Shown: piece after piece, positions 12,354-23,990 of the stretch
How positions within the stretch are numbered: position 1 is the first letter of the stretch
Layout: each line of letters starts with the position of its first letter
Source of the DNA: Mobula hypostoma
Lineage: Eukaryota
Assembly: GCF_963921235.1 (NCBI RefSeq)
Contig: NC_086109.1
Location: 20,400,001-20,464,000 of the forward strand
DNA length: 64,000 nt
Direction: 5' to 3'
Notes under the pieces: model-generated
Seen by the model: only the letters and a program-made list of their open reading frames with translations
What the model was told of the DNA's origin: nothing
Database searches by the model: none
Made by a program: the position numbers and the translations under genes

Positions 12354-12368
12354 TGCCACCTAGTGGCA
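12354..12368 (-). promoter_or_regulatory. Candidate CTCF site
   Basis: Minus strand GCCACTAGGTGGCA matches the CTCF core CCASYAGRKGGCR, in non-repetitive context. Confidence 0.5.
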
Positions 12369-13766
12369 ACCATGTCAAAAGCTTAAACCAACCTTTCGCT
12401 TGAGGGACAAGGAGGGAATCTGACAGGAATTAAAGATTACATGAAAGCAATGAAGTGAATTCAGAAAGGTTCTCTTTATTTGCCTCTCTTGTTAATTTTG
12501 CTCTAGTTATTTTCAACACTTCCCCGCAAAGTTGTCAAGAGGTGACTGGAAACATTTTGTTTGTATAAAGAATCTAATGATATCTTGCTCAAGTGATCAT
12601 TCCCCTGGATGGAAAAGTCCAGCAATCTTTTAGAGACTCTTTAGCTGTATCTTATTCTGGCTCCATCCAGTTTCCACACACACACTGCCTATCAGGGACA
12701 ATTTGACCAACCGTCAGAACCTCCCTTCATTTCTTTCTCTTCTCTCTGTCTAATTCCCCTGCCTACATTCTCATCCTCTCTTCCTCTCACTCTCTTCCCT
12801 GAACTCTGTGTTACTGTCCCTCAGATTCACTTCCTCTCTCAGTCCAGCTAAATATCTTTCTTTCACCCTCTCTTCGTCTCACTTACCCATCTCTCACTGC
12901 TTACATCAGCCTCTATTTTCCCTTTTGTCTCCAGCCCTGTCCTGCTATTCTTTCTGTACCACCTAGGCCTGAGTCAACGTAGTAGTAGTAGTATGGCCAC
13001 AGTTATGGGTTGCCCCCAGCAAATTCCTGATGTAAGCAACACATTTCACTCTGTGTTTCAATGTAGGTGCTTGTGATAAATAAAGTTAATCTTTAAAGAC
13101 AATCTACCATTGAATAATTACACTATGAACTGAGGAACCACACTCTTCCTAGATTATTGCTATTGCTATTTTCTCAGAGGATGAAAGGATAAAGGGTTGA
13201 CCACCTAGATATTGGTTGAGGAAAAATTGCTTCATTTAAGATGTCCTGAATCTTTGAAACTCAAGACAGCGGTGGATTCTCATTTCAAGAGTAAATGAAA
13301 TGTTGGCATTGATTAGGACATGGGTGGACAAATAAACAGATTTGTCTAACTGACTGTCAAGCCATCAAGGATCATGTGCCTCCTATTGATCCTATTTCTT
13401 TACTTTAAGTACTTTTTTGAAAGGAAATTACAGTGTCACAGTAGCATTACAAGTGCACAGATATACAAATATACAAATATTAGAAGAGAAGTAAGAAAGA
13501 ATTTTAAAAAGTTACCTCGAACAGTCTAACAGGAGAGGGTCATCACTTCCCCAGCTATAGGTTGACTCATTATAGAGCCTAATGGCCGAGGGTAAGAATG
13601 ACCTCATATAGCACTCTTTAGAGCAGTGCAGCTGTCTTGATCTATTACTAAGGTGCTCCAAGGTGGCATGCAGAGAGTGAAAAACATTGTCCAGGATTGT
13701 CAGGATTTTCCGTAGGGTCCTTTTTTCTTTACCACAGCCTCCAGCATACATGAATCTGCTCTGATT

Positions 13767-14000
13767 TGTCATGTTTTTTAACTCCAAAACATAAAAACTA
13801 ACTGAAAGGAAAACAAGGGAGCCAGAAATATGTAACCAACTTCGTTGTTACTCTTAACGATGTGCGACGTAATTAAGTATGCCATTCACGTACTATTACA
13901 TATAACCCAAAATAAATTACTTAAACAAATTAAGAATGCTTAATCAAATAATATATTTACAATATTACTCAAATATTAGTGAAATGTTAAATACACAACA
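13767..14000. mobile_element. Short solo LTR (234 bp)
   Basis: TGT...ACA termini. 5-bp TSD TGATT (13762-13766, 14001-14005). Confidence 0.75.
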
Positions 14001-14510
14001 TGATTTACTGACTGTCTCACTCCTCTGATTCCATTGTGAGCTCATCCTTCCTAAAGACGTTGTAGGAGATTGAAACGTAGAGCAGGTCACAAGAGACTGA
14101 GAAGTGAGCTGATATAAGATCATGAGAGCATAGACAAGGTGAAGATAGGTAGTCTTTTTCCCAAGGAAGAGATGCTGAAGTCAAGAAAGCTTGGGTTTAA
14201 GACCAAGAAGAAAGCTAATGGCATGTTGGCTTTCATAACAAGGGGAGTTGAGTATCAGAGCAAAGAGGACCTTCTACAGTTGTACAAGGCCCTGGTGAGA
14301 CCACACCTGGAGTATTATGTGCAGTTTTGGTCTCCAAATTTGAGAAAAGACATTCTTGCTATAGAGGGAGTGCAGCGTAGGTTCTCTGGGTTAATTCCAG
14401 GGATGGCGGGACTGTCATATGTTGAAAGATTGGAGCAACTGGGCTTGTATACACTGAAATTTAGAAGGATGAGAGGGGATCTTATTGAAACATATAAGAT
14501 TATTAAGGGA

Positions 14511-15431
14511 ACACACATCAAAGTTGCTGGTGAACGCAGCAGGCCAGGCAGCATCTCTAGGAAGAGGTACAGTCGAAGTTTCAGGCTGAGACCCTTTGTC
14601 AGGACTAACTGAAGGAAGAGCTAGTAAGAGATTTGAAAGTGGGAGGTGGAGGGGGAGATCCAAAATGATAGGAGAAGACAGGAGGGGGAGGGATGGAGCC
14701 AAGAACTGGACAGGTGATTGGCAAAAGGGATATGAGAGGATCGTGAGACAGGAGGCCCAGGGAGAAAGAAAAGGGGGGGGGGGGGAACCCAGAGGATGGG
14801 CAAGGGATATAGTCAGAGAGACAGAGGGAGAAAAAGGAAAGTGAGAGAAAGAATGTGTGTATATAAATAAATAATGGATGGGGTACGAGGGGGAGGTGGG
14901 GCATTAGCAGAAGTTAGAGAAGTCACACTCAGGTTGGAGGAACAACACCTTATATTCCGTCTGCGTAGCCTCCAACCTGATGGCATGAACGCTGACTTCT
15001 CTAACTTCCGCTAATGCCCCCCCCGTACCCCATCCATTATTTATTTATATATACACATCCTTTCTCTCACTCTCCTTTTTCTCCCTCTCTCCCTCTGACT
15101 ATACCCCTTGCCCATCCTCTGGGTTCCCCCCCCCCCGCCACTTTTCCTTCTCCCTGGGCCTCCTGTCCCATGATCCTCTCATATCCCTTTTGCCAATCAC
15201 CTGTCCAGCTCTTAGCTCCATCTCTCCCCCTCCTGTCTTCTCCTATCATTTTGGATCTTCCACTTTCAAATCTCTTACTAGCTCTTCCTTCAGTTAGTCC
15301 TGACGAAGGGTCTCGGCCTGAAACGTCGACTGTACCTCTTCCTAGAGATGCTGCCTGGCCTGCTGTGTTCACCAGCATCTTTGATGTGTGTTGCTTGAAT
15401 TTCCAGCATCTGCAGAATTCCTCATGTTTGC
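14511..15431 (+). mobile_element. Penelope-like element, 5'-truncated, with inverted pseudo-LTR
   Basis: 15-bp TSD AAGATTATTAAGGGA (14496-14510, 15432-15446). Centre encodes LRLEEQHLIFRLRSLQPDGMNADFSNFR*, a GIY-YIG C-terminus. 14511-14925 is an inverted copy of ~14995-15392. Confidence 0.88.
15296..15331 (+). ncRNA. Minimal type-I hammerhead ribozyme motif in the Penelope pLTR
   Basis: AGTC-CTGACGA-AGG(gtctcgg)CCT-GAAA-CG-TC^-GACT: stem I AGTC/GACT, core CUGANGA and GAAA, GUC cleavage triplet. Confidence 0.75.
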
Positions 15432-18400
15432 AAGATTATTAAGGGATTGGACACACTAGAGGCAGGGAACACATTCCCGATGTTGGGGGAGTCCAGAACC
15501 AGAGGCCACAGTTTAAGAATAAGGGGTAGACCATTTAGAACGGAGTTGAGGAAAAACTTTTTCACACAGAGGGTTGTGGATCTGTGGGATGCTCTGCCTC
15601 AGAAGGCAGTGGAGGCCAATTCTCTGGATTCTTTCAAGAAAGAGTTAGATAGAGCTCTTAAAGATAGCGGAGTTAAGGGATATGGGGAGAAGGCAGGAAC
15701 AGGGAACTGATTGTGGGTGATCAGCCATGATCACAGTGAATGATGGTGCTGGCTCAAAGGGCCGAATGGCCTACTTGTGCACTATTGTCTATTGTCTATT
15801 GTCTATAAAAGCAATAGATTTAAAGAGATATCAAGGACAGCTACTTCACACAAAGGGTGGTGTGTATTTGGAATGAACTGCCATGAAGAATAGTTGTTTA
15901 GTTTTTTTATTTATTGAGATACAGCGTGGAGTAGGCCCTACAATCCCCGATTTTATCCTAGCCATATCATGGGATAATTTACAATGACCAATTAACTTAT
16001 CAACAGCTAAGTCTTTGGACTGTGGGGGAGAAATGGAGCACCAAGAGGAAGCTCACGCGGTCTCGGGTAGAATGTACAAACTCCTTACAGACAGTGGTGG
16101 GAATTGAACCTGATCACAGATACTGTAGCGCCCATTAAATATGTTTGTGACAGGCACATTAACAACGTTTAAAAGTCATTTAGGGAAGAGCTTGGGCAGG
16201 ACAGGTTTAGAGGGCTATATGTCAAATGCTGGCAGAAGAGCCTAGCTTGGTGGCAAACACAGTCAGCATGGACAAGTTGGGCTGAAGGACCTGTTTCAAT
16301 GTTGTCAGAGTCTATGAATCTTTGACAGTGTCACTGCTCTCTTCAAATTGCTTTTTCCTTACAATTGGGGAAGGTGAATTTATTCCTTTAATTTAAATAG
16401 TCATCTTCAATTTATCCGTAATAGAATTGTCCCACTCTGTATCTTGAATAAATTAAAAGGTTGAAAATGCTGGATGTACTCAGCAGATCAGGCCACATCA
16501 GTGGGAGGAGGAACAGGGGGTAACATTCCTGGTCGAAGGCCAGTCATCAGAACTGGGAAGGAGATTAATCACATCTGTAAGCTGCAGGGAGGGTGGGTGA
16601 AGGGGGCATTTCTGACAGGATAAAACTGTGGGGATGAGTTGGAAGCGACGCTATTTGATCAATGTATGAATGGGAGCTGTTAGAGAGTGAGAGGACAGGC
16701 AGAAGAATGCAGGAGTGTTGAAATGTAGACCGGGGCATGGGGGGAGGGAGGGGGATAAAATATGACCAGCAGGTCAGATTGTGCATGTCATAGTGTCATA
16801 GAACATTACAGCGCAGAAACAGGTCCGTCATCCCATCTAGTCAGTGCCGAACTATTATTCCACCTAGTCCCATTAAACTGCACCCGGACCATAGCCTTCC
16901 ATAAGCCTCCTAACCATGAAGCTATGAATCCTAACACTCTCCAGCATTATACTTTTCCTGGTTCAGAGACAAACTGGTCGACGATGATCAGGGAAGAGCT
17001 CGATTTTCCAAGATGATTGCCGGGAAGTCTTCTTTTTAATAAGTATTTTCAGGAAAGGCGAAAGTGTATGACCCCAGAACCCTTCACCCTCCAGCTCAAA
17101 GAGCTGTCGTACTGTGTTTGCCACTGGTGATGTGCACTGGAAACAGCTCAGGGAAGACAACAGGATACGTGCAGCCCAATGATAGAACAGTTTGTCCATT
17201 TCTTGAATCAATGAGATTTAAGAATTCCAAACAAGTTGAAGAGCAAAGGGTGAAATGGAGTTAGAGGCAGAAAGAGAAATAAAAAGAGGAAAAGGGAGAA
17301 TGACACATGGATGATAGAAAAATAGAGGGCAAAGGGCCTGTTCTGGACTACAGTTTTCAATGTTCTGTTCTATGTTCTAAGGTTTGGTTAAGCCACAGAG
17401 GTAAAATGATAGGAAAAATTAGATTTATTCATAGTTTAAAGTTTTTAAACTTGCTGAAACAATTTACCTTGAAACTACTCCAAATTTTCCCTTTCCTGGG
17501 CAGATGGATTAAGTGGCATTGCAGGAACAATCTCCTCTTTGAAATGTTGTGCTGCTGAACACCAGACTGACGAGATTAATGGGCAATTAATGTGCAAATG
17601 CAGTGAATTCACGGAACTGACGGCCAGCTTGCTTTTGCAAGAATGAACATCCAGCAATGCATGGCATTTTGCAATCGACAGGACACCACTTCCTGGCGGC
17701 CGACCACTGGACATCTGAACATTGTGAGAGCTTTTGAACTCTGCCATACTTCTGCTGAAATGCCTGGCTGCTTGGCTGCTGTCGGAATCTGTCAACCCGT
17801 AAGCCATCATTGTGTTTCAAATTGGTATTACATGGATATCCATAATCCAGTTACCAGCAGCATCCCAGGGAGTCGGTAGTGCCTACTGTAAGTATACAAT
17901 GTGCTCACAGGGCTCTGGTGACAGACATAATGAATAGCTGGAGGCCGGACTGCAAGCTTTGTTCTCGGGAAGGGTTCAACAGTTGGGTTAGTTTTCAGGC
18001 CAGCAGTTGTTTTTTTTTTGTTATCCTTTATCATCACACTCACCGCAAACTAAGCTGGTAGGGGCGATTGTTGGGACTCAGTGATGGGATTGAGTAGGTG
18101 GGCATGTGGAATAAAAGCAGAAACAGGAATCTAATTATTTTCAGCCGATGGGACTGGAGTTATTTTTATGGCGCGGCATTGTCTCTGGCCCTTCAGTTGT
18201 GTTTATGATTAATGCTGGCGGATTTGTGACGATTAGCGTGAATCAGTCCAGTCATGTGTTCCGGGGCAGCTCCTCCCCCGGCCGGGTGATGACACGTCGA
18301 CCCTGTGCGGACGCCAACCTGGGGCCGGAAGCACGGTGAGTACCTGAGGCGGCAGAGGCCCAAGGTGAAGGTCAGCGCGGTCGCAGGATAGGGGTGCAGG

Positions 18401-18669
18401 CCACTGGCATGCAGAGCCTCCTCACGGGCTCGGACTGATGCTAGCCCCCGCCAAACTTCCCTCACCCCCACCCTGTTCCTTTGAAGTAAAGAGAGGGAGC
18501 TGCACTCACAACTCCGACAAGGAAAGTACAGCCGTTATAATATCTCAGTCTCTGTATCAGCTGGAGCATCAAAGACTAATACCAAAACAGTGCTCTGGAA
18601 TTCCTTCTGTGCTCCTAAGCTATGCTAGCGTAGAGTTTTCAGCTGTGTTTTCACTAAACTGAATGCATT

Positions 18670-19164
18670 CACTCAGTAGCCACTTTATTAGGTATCTCCT
18701 GTACCTAATAAAGTGGCCACCAAGTATATGTCCTTGGTCTGCTGTTGCTCCAGCCCATCCACTTCAAGGTTCAATGTGTTGTGCACTCAGTGATGCTCTT
18801 CTGCACACCACTGCTTCCTGTCTGATTGAACCAGTCTGGCCATTTTCCTCTGACCTCTCTCACAAACAAGGCATTTTCACCCACAGAACAGCCACTCACT
18901 GGATGTTTGCTTTTGTTTCTCGTATCATTCTCCGTAAACTCTGGAGACTATGATGCTTGAAAATCCCAGGAGATCAGCAGTTTCTGAGATACTCAAACTA
19001 CCCCAGCTGGCACAGTCAAACTCACTTAGATCACATTTCCACCCCATTCTGATGTTTGGTCTGAACAACAGCTGAACCTCTTGACCATGTCTGCATGCTT
19101 TTATGCATTGAGTTGCTGCCACGTGATTGGCTGATTAGATACTTGCATTAACGAGCAGGTGTAC
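18670..19164 (-). mobile_element. Tc1/mariner-derived non-autonomous element
   Basis: TIR cactcagtRgccactttattaggta. Minus-strand MGWKCDLSEFD...LSISETADLLGFS..VSRVY is the Tc1 transposase N-terminal HTH. Confidence 0.85.
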
Positions 19165-21099
19165 TATTCTATCTTCTACTGGAGTTTAATGTTATTATCT
19201 AGTTTGAGAGTGTTCTCATCAATTTATTGATATTATTTTCTATGCGCAGTCTTGGTGTTATTATCATACCTCCCAGCGGTATCGCCTCCTCTCACTCACT
19301 CCATTTAATTCAGACAAACCACATTGTTTTACTGTGTGTGAACATTATTTAAAAAGTTGAAGTCAAGGCACTATTATTCTGGTTGCTAAATTAATTTTCT
19401 ACTTACAAAAAAAAAAGGTTTGTTGTTTTGCACATGGGATGCATCCAATTTTACTTTAATGTGAGAAACATATATGGAAATTTACAACGTGGGAGGGAAC
19501 CAAATGGCCTCTGGTGTCCGTGCCAACAAAAGAGCTCGTTAGATTGATTGGACTTCCCTGCTCCCGCTCCATGGGTGGGTGAGTTATGGGACTTCAAGTG
19601 CTCAGTCAGATATATTTTTAAACATGATGAGGGTTTCTGCCTGCAATTTCTGTTCAGCCCGTTTGAGTTCCAGACCCCTGTCTACTCATACAGTAGGTGA
19701 AACAAAATCTATAACTCTTCTTTAGTCCTTCCAGCTATTTCTAACTTTTCTGCTAATGGGATTAGGCCTTTCTGGTTCACCTTGTCAAAGTCAGTTATAA
19801 TTTTATACACCTCAATTATATTTCCCCTCAGCCTATTTGTTCCAAAGGAAATTCAAAGATCCAGGTGACCTTACTATCAAAGTGTGTATATGTCACCATA
19901 TACTTCCCTGAGAGTCATTTTATTGCAGATAGTCACAGTAGAACAAAGAAATACAATAGAATCAATGAATCAGTGAGCACAGAAAGACTGGCAAACAACC
20001 AACATGCAAAAGACACCGCAAATACAAAAAAAAAGGTAAACAAATAAATAAACTAACAGACAGCCAGATAAACAAACAAATATATATATAAATAATATTG
20101 AGAGCTTGAATTGTAGTGTTCTTGAAAGTGAGTCAGTAGGTCGTGGAATCAGTTCAGAGTTCGCATGAGTGAAGTTATCCACACTGTTTCGGGATCCTGA
20201 TGGTTGATTGGTAATAACTGTTCCTGAAACTAGTGCTGTGCGACTTAACACTCCTACACCTCACTCCCCATGGCAGCAGCAAGTAGAGAGCACGGCCTGG
20301 ATGGTGGGGGTCCTTGATAATGGATGCTGCTTTCTTGTAGCAGTGCTCCTTGTAAATATGCTCAATGGTTAGAAGGTTTTCCCTGTGCTGAACAGAGTTC
20401 TCCCATGCTGGTCTAAGTATTCACTTCTATCATGACCTCCCTGCATTGGTTGATAATCCCACTCTTAGACCTCTGCTGCTTTGTCTCACACTCTTCTCAG
20501 AGTTCTCAATGTTCTCTATTGGACCAGGCAAGAAGTCCACACATCTGAAGGAATCTGCTGAGAAGCAACAGCACTGTCAAACCTGAGCTAGTACTGCCAT
20601 TGCTGCACAAATCTTTGGAGAAAGTAGCTTTGTTGGTGACATCCAATTGATGTTCTTGTATTTCAAATTTCTTCACACTTAGTGAAATAATTCTGGCATA
20701 TATTCACTGTTGTATCGTAGGAAGCATGACAGCTAATTTGTACAGGGCAAATTTCTAAAAATTAAGGAATAACAAGACCTTCAGAGATGGTGGATGAGGA
20801 AGGAATGTTAACTAGGATACCTCTAAAGTTCCTCTTTAAATGAACTGGCAAATCATGCTTCAGCTTACCCTGAATGGAAGGGAAGCCTTTCATGTCTGCT
20901 GTGTGTGCCATCCTACCCCCAAGCTAAACAGCTGTAGGTCAACCCACAACATTCAGGGAGTGAACAATGGACCCATGGCTCAGCCAATTGCCTAAGGTGT
21001 TACATTTCCACTACTTAAAACACAGACAGGGTACCAGATGAAGTTCTGCACAGGAGCAAGAGTTTTAATGTACACTTGGATCTCAGGAAACTCACTGAT

Positions 21100-21910
21100 A
21101 TTAATAATAATATCTTATTTATAGAGCACTTTCCATACGGATGATACAGTTCAAAGTGCTTTACAATGGGATAAGGTGTAAATATGAAAATAAATTAAAG
21201 ATAAAAGTATTATAAAATAAAAATTAAAATAAACATGATTATAAAAGACAAAAAGATGTTAGTTAAAAGCAAGGTTAAATGAAAAGGTTTTGTGCTGGTG
21301 TTTAAAAGGGTCAACTGAGTCTACATCCCTTATAGTTTTAGGTATTGGATTCCACAGTTCAGGAATGCAGTTCAAAAAAGCTGACCTGCCAATTATCTTT
21401 TGATGGACATTGTTTAAGTTTAAGAGACTGGCGGATGAAGACCTGAGAGCTCGAACAGGATTATAAAATGAAAGCTATTACGTGATGTACTCTAGTTCCA
21501 GGAAGGGCTTTAAAAACAAGTAAAACAACTCTAAAATCAATTCTAAATGATACAGGAAGCCAATGTAGAGCAGATAGAAGAAGAAGAAGAAGAAGAAGAG
21601 TAGCCCTTAACTCGGCAGTGGAGTTATCGGGGCACTGTCTTTTCGCAGTGTTTCCGTAGCAAGCTATTCTTGTTTCTACGAGGCCGTGTTGCTAGCTCGA
21701 CGGTCAACTCGACTTGGATTCGAACTCGGGAACCTTCGCTCCGGAGTCCGGTGCTGATATTATTGTGCCACCAAGCAGGACAGAGCAGCTAAGGTGCGGT
21801 TGATATGCTTCCTCGTCCTGGTTTTAGTTAAAAATCCAGCAGCAATGTTTTAAATTAGCTGAAATTGGTCAACGGGTTTCTTTGGAGGGCCAGTAAAAGG
21901 TGTATTGTAG
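21100..21910 (-). mobile_element. L2-type LINE 3' fragment
   Basis: L2-like 3' end (ttatttatagagcactttc...aaagtgctttaca) and acaggaagccaatgtag motif. Interrupted by a SINE. Confidence 0.6.
21577..21781 (-). mobile_element. tRNA-derived SINE with (TTC)n tail; related copy ~10870-11060
   Basis: Minus-strand B box GTTCGAATCC. Imperfect TSD AGAGCAG(A/C)TA at 21567-21576 and 21782-21791. Confidence 0.75.
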
Positions 21911-22407
21911 TTATCTAGTCTGCTTATTTCCATTTGGAAATGGAATTTATTTGCATTTGGAAAAGAAAGGACTGATTAGAGATGGTCAGTATGGTTTTTC
22001 TTGCGGGAGATCATATGTCACAAATGTTATTGAGTTTTTGTGGAGGCGACCAAGAATATTGGGCAGGACAGAATGCTGGGAATTGTCTACATGGACATTG
22101 GCATACAGTACATTGGCATCAGAATTCAGGGCCTCACTGTCACATGTGCCATCTTTTGGATGAGATGTTGAAACTCACTTAGCTCAGTTTCAAGGACAGC
22201 AGGCAAGTTCACCCTGTTGCCAAGAGTAAACCAATTCCCGCAACTGACATTAACAAATGCAGATTATCTGGATATTCACTTTACTGTTTATAGTACATTG
22301 ATGTGTGCAAATTGCACTTCCAATGTTACCATAGTGACATTTCAAGGGTACTTAATTGTACTGAAACCATAGGGATATACTAAAGCTATGAATAGCACCA
22401 CAAGAAA

Positions 22408-22600
22408 CTTCTTCTTTGCTCCTTTCCTCTTTCCTTCCTTCCTTTTTTCTCTTCTTCTACTCTTCCTCATCTTTCTTCCTTTGCTCTCTCTCCTTCCTTT
22501 CCTCCGATCATTCCTTTCTTCCACTCTATCTCTTTCCCTTCCTCCATCCTTTCTTCCTACATCCCTTCCTTCCTTCCTCTTCCCCTCTCTTCCTCTCCTA
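22408..22600. repeat. Polypyrimidine (CCTT/CTT) low-complexity tract; similar tract ~12720-12960
   Basis: Directly visible. Confidence 0.9.
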
Positions 22601-23210
22601 GATTGTCTTGACTATATGGGTCTGCGGCAGCCTATGGCAATACATGCACCTCAAGTCCCCTGATCTTTCAATGTTCACCTGTCTTCTAGAAGTTTCTAAT
22701 CATCCCTTCAGCCTCTGTTCTTTGGCTTCAGGAAGCCTCATTATAAAGCTTAAGGTTTTCAATGCCTGACAAGGACTTGTTCCCACGTTTTGAAGTTCCT
22801 GTTGAATTTAGGATTTGTAGAGTTAATCTGGGTCCTCCAACAAACCAAAAAAAGTGGTTATTCTGCTACAAATTCTTTGACTAAATACACTGAAAGTTTG
22901 CAAGGCTTAGATTAACATAAACATTTTGTTGAATCTTGACTAAAACTGGGTAAAGATGGGTCACTATAAGCTTCCAGCAGCTCAAATGGTTCTAATGTAT
23001 AAACTATAAACACTGTGCTAAGTCAGGAATGTCCCACTTACAAGCCAAGATGTTGAGCAAGAAATTCTTATTAACTAACTTTATCTGTTGACATCTGTGA
23101 GCAAGCTGCTATTTGTATCATGTTGATGCGTGGTGCAGTAGAGAAGGAACAATTGTTTGATATCAAAGAAGGTGATTTCATAATTGGGTCTAAAATCGGA
23201 TTGAAGACAT

Positions 23211-23990
23211 GAATTGAATTGACTTTTTTTCTTATATTCTTCACATACATGAGGAGTAAAAGTCTTTACATAACATCTCCATCTGAATGTGCAATGTGTA
23301 ATTCATAGTAATTTGTAATAAATAGTATGTACAACAGAACAGTCAATATAGCATAGAAATACAATTGTATCAGCGTGAATTAATCAGTCTGATGGCCTGA
23401 TGGAAGAAGCTGCCCCAGAGCCTGTTGGTCCTGGCTTTATGCTGCGGCACAATTTCCTGCATGGTAGCAGCTGGAACAGTTTGTGGTTGGGGTGACTCAG
23501 GTCCCCAGTGATCCTTCTGGCCCCTTTTATGCACCTGTCTCTGTAAATGTCCTGAATCATGGGAAGTTCACAACTACAGATGCGCTGGGCTGTCTGCACC
23601 ACTCTCTGCAGAGTCCTGTGATTAAGGGAGGTACAGTTCCCATACCAGGCAGTGGTGCAGCCAGTCAGGATGCTCTCAATTGTACCCCTATAGAAAGCTC
23701 TTAGGATCTGGGGGACTCAGGCCAAACTTCTTCAACCTTCTGAAGCGAAAAAGGCGCTGTTGTGCTTGTTTCACCACACAGCTGGTATGTATAGATTATG
23801 TGAGGTCCTCTGTAATGTGTATGCTGGGGAACTTAAAGCTGTTCACCCTTTCAACCCTAGAGATCCATTGATAACAATAGGGGTAAGCCTGCCTCTGTTC
23901 CTCTTGTAGTCCACAACCAGCTCCTTTGATCTTGCGACATTGAGGGAGAGGTTATTTTCTTGACATCGCTGTGTCAGGGTGACGACTTCC
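23211..23990 (-). mobile_element. Rex1/Babar LINE 3' fragment; other copies ~19860-20380, 28670-29270, 33860-34500(+), 53740-54130, 57000-57960, 59700-60340(+), 60430-61095
   Basis: VQTAQRICSCELPMIQDIYRDRCIKGARRITGDLSHPNHKLFQLLP and (TTGAA)n tail. Confidence 0.8.

Larger units (their letters stand above)
14200..15806 (+). mobile_element. CR1 3' fragment interrupted by a Penelope insertion; itself within an older CR1 (~14080-16320)
   Basis: KKANGMLAFITRG...LIETYKIIKG resumes at 15447 as LDTLEAGNTFPMLGESRTRGH. (ATTGTCT)n tail at ~15783-15806. Confidence 0.9.

Noticed and set aside
17475..17810. 111-aa minus-strand ORF as an exon of a neighbouring gene (e.g. cttnbp2nl or st7l)
   Set aside because: No recognisable similarity to those proteins and no convincing splice frame.
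21700..21781. tRNA gene
   Set aside because: A B box is present but it is the head of a SINE with a tail and TSD; no full cloverleaf seen.
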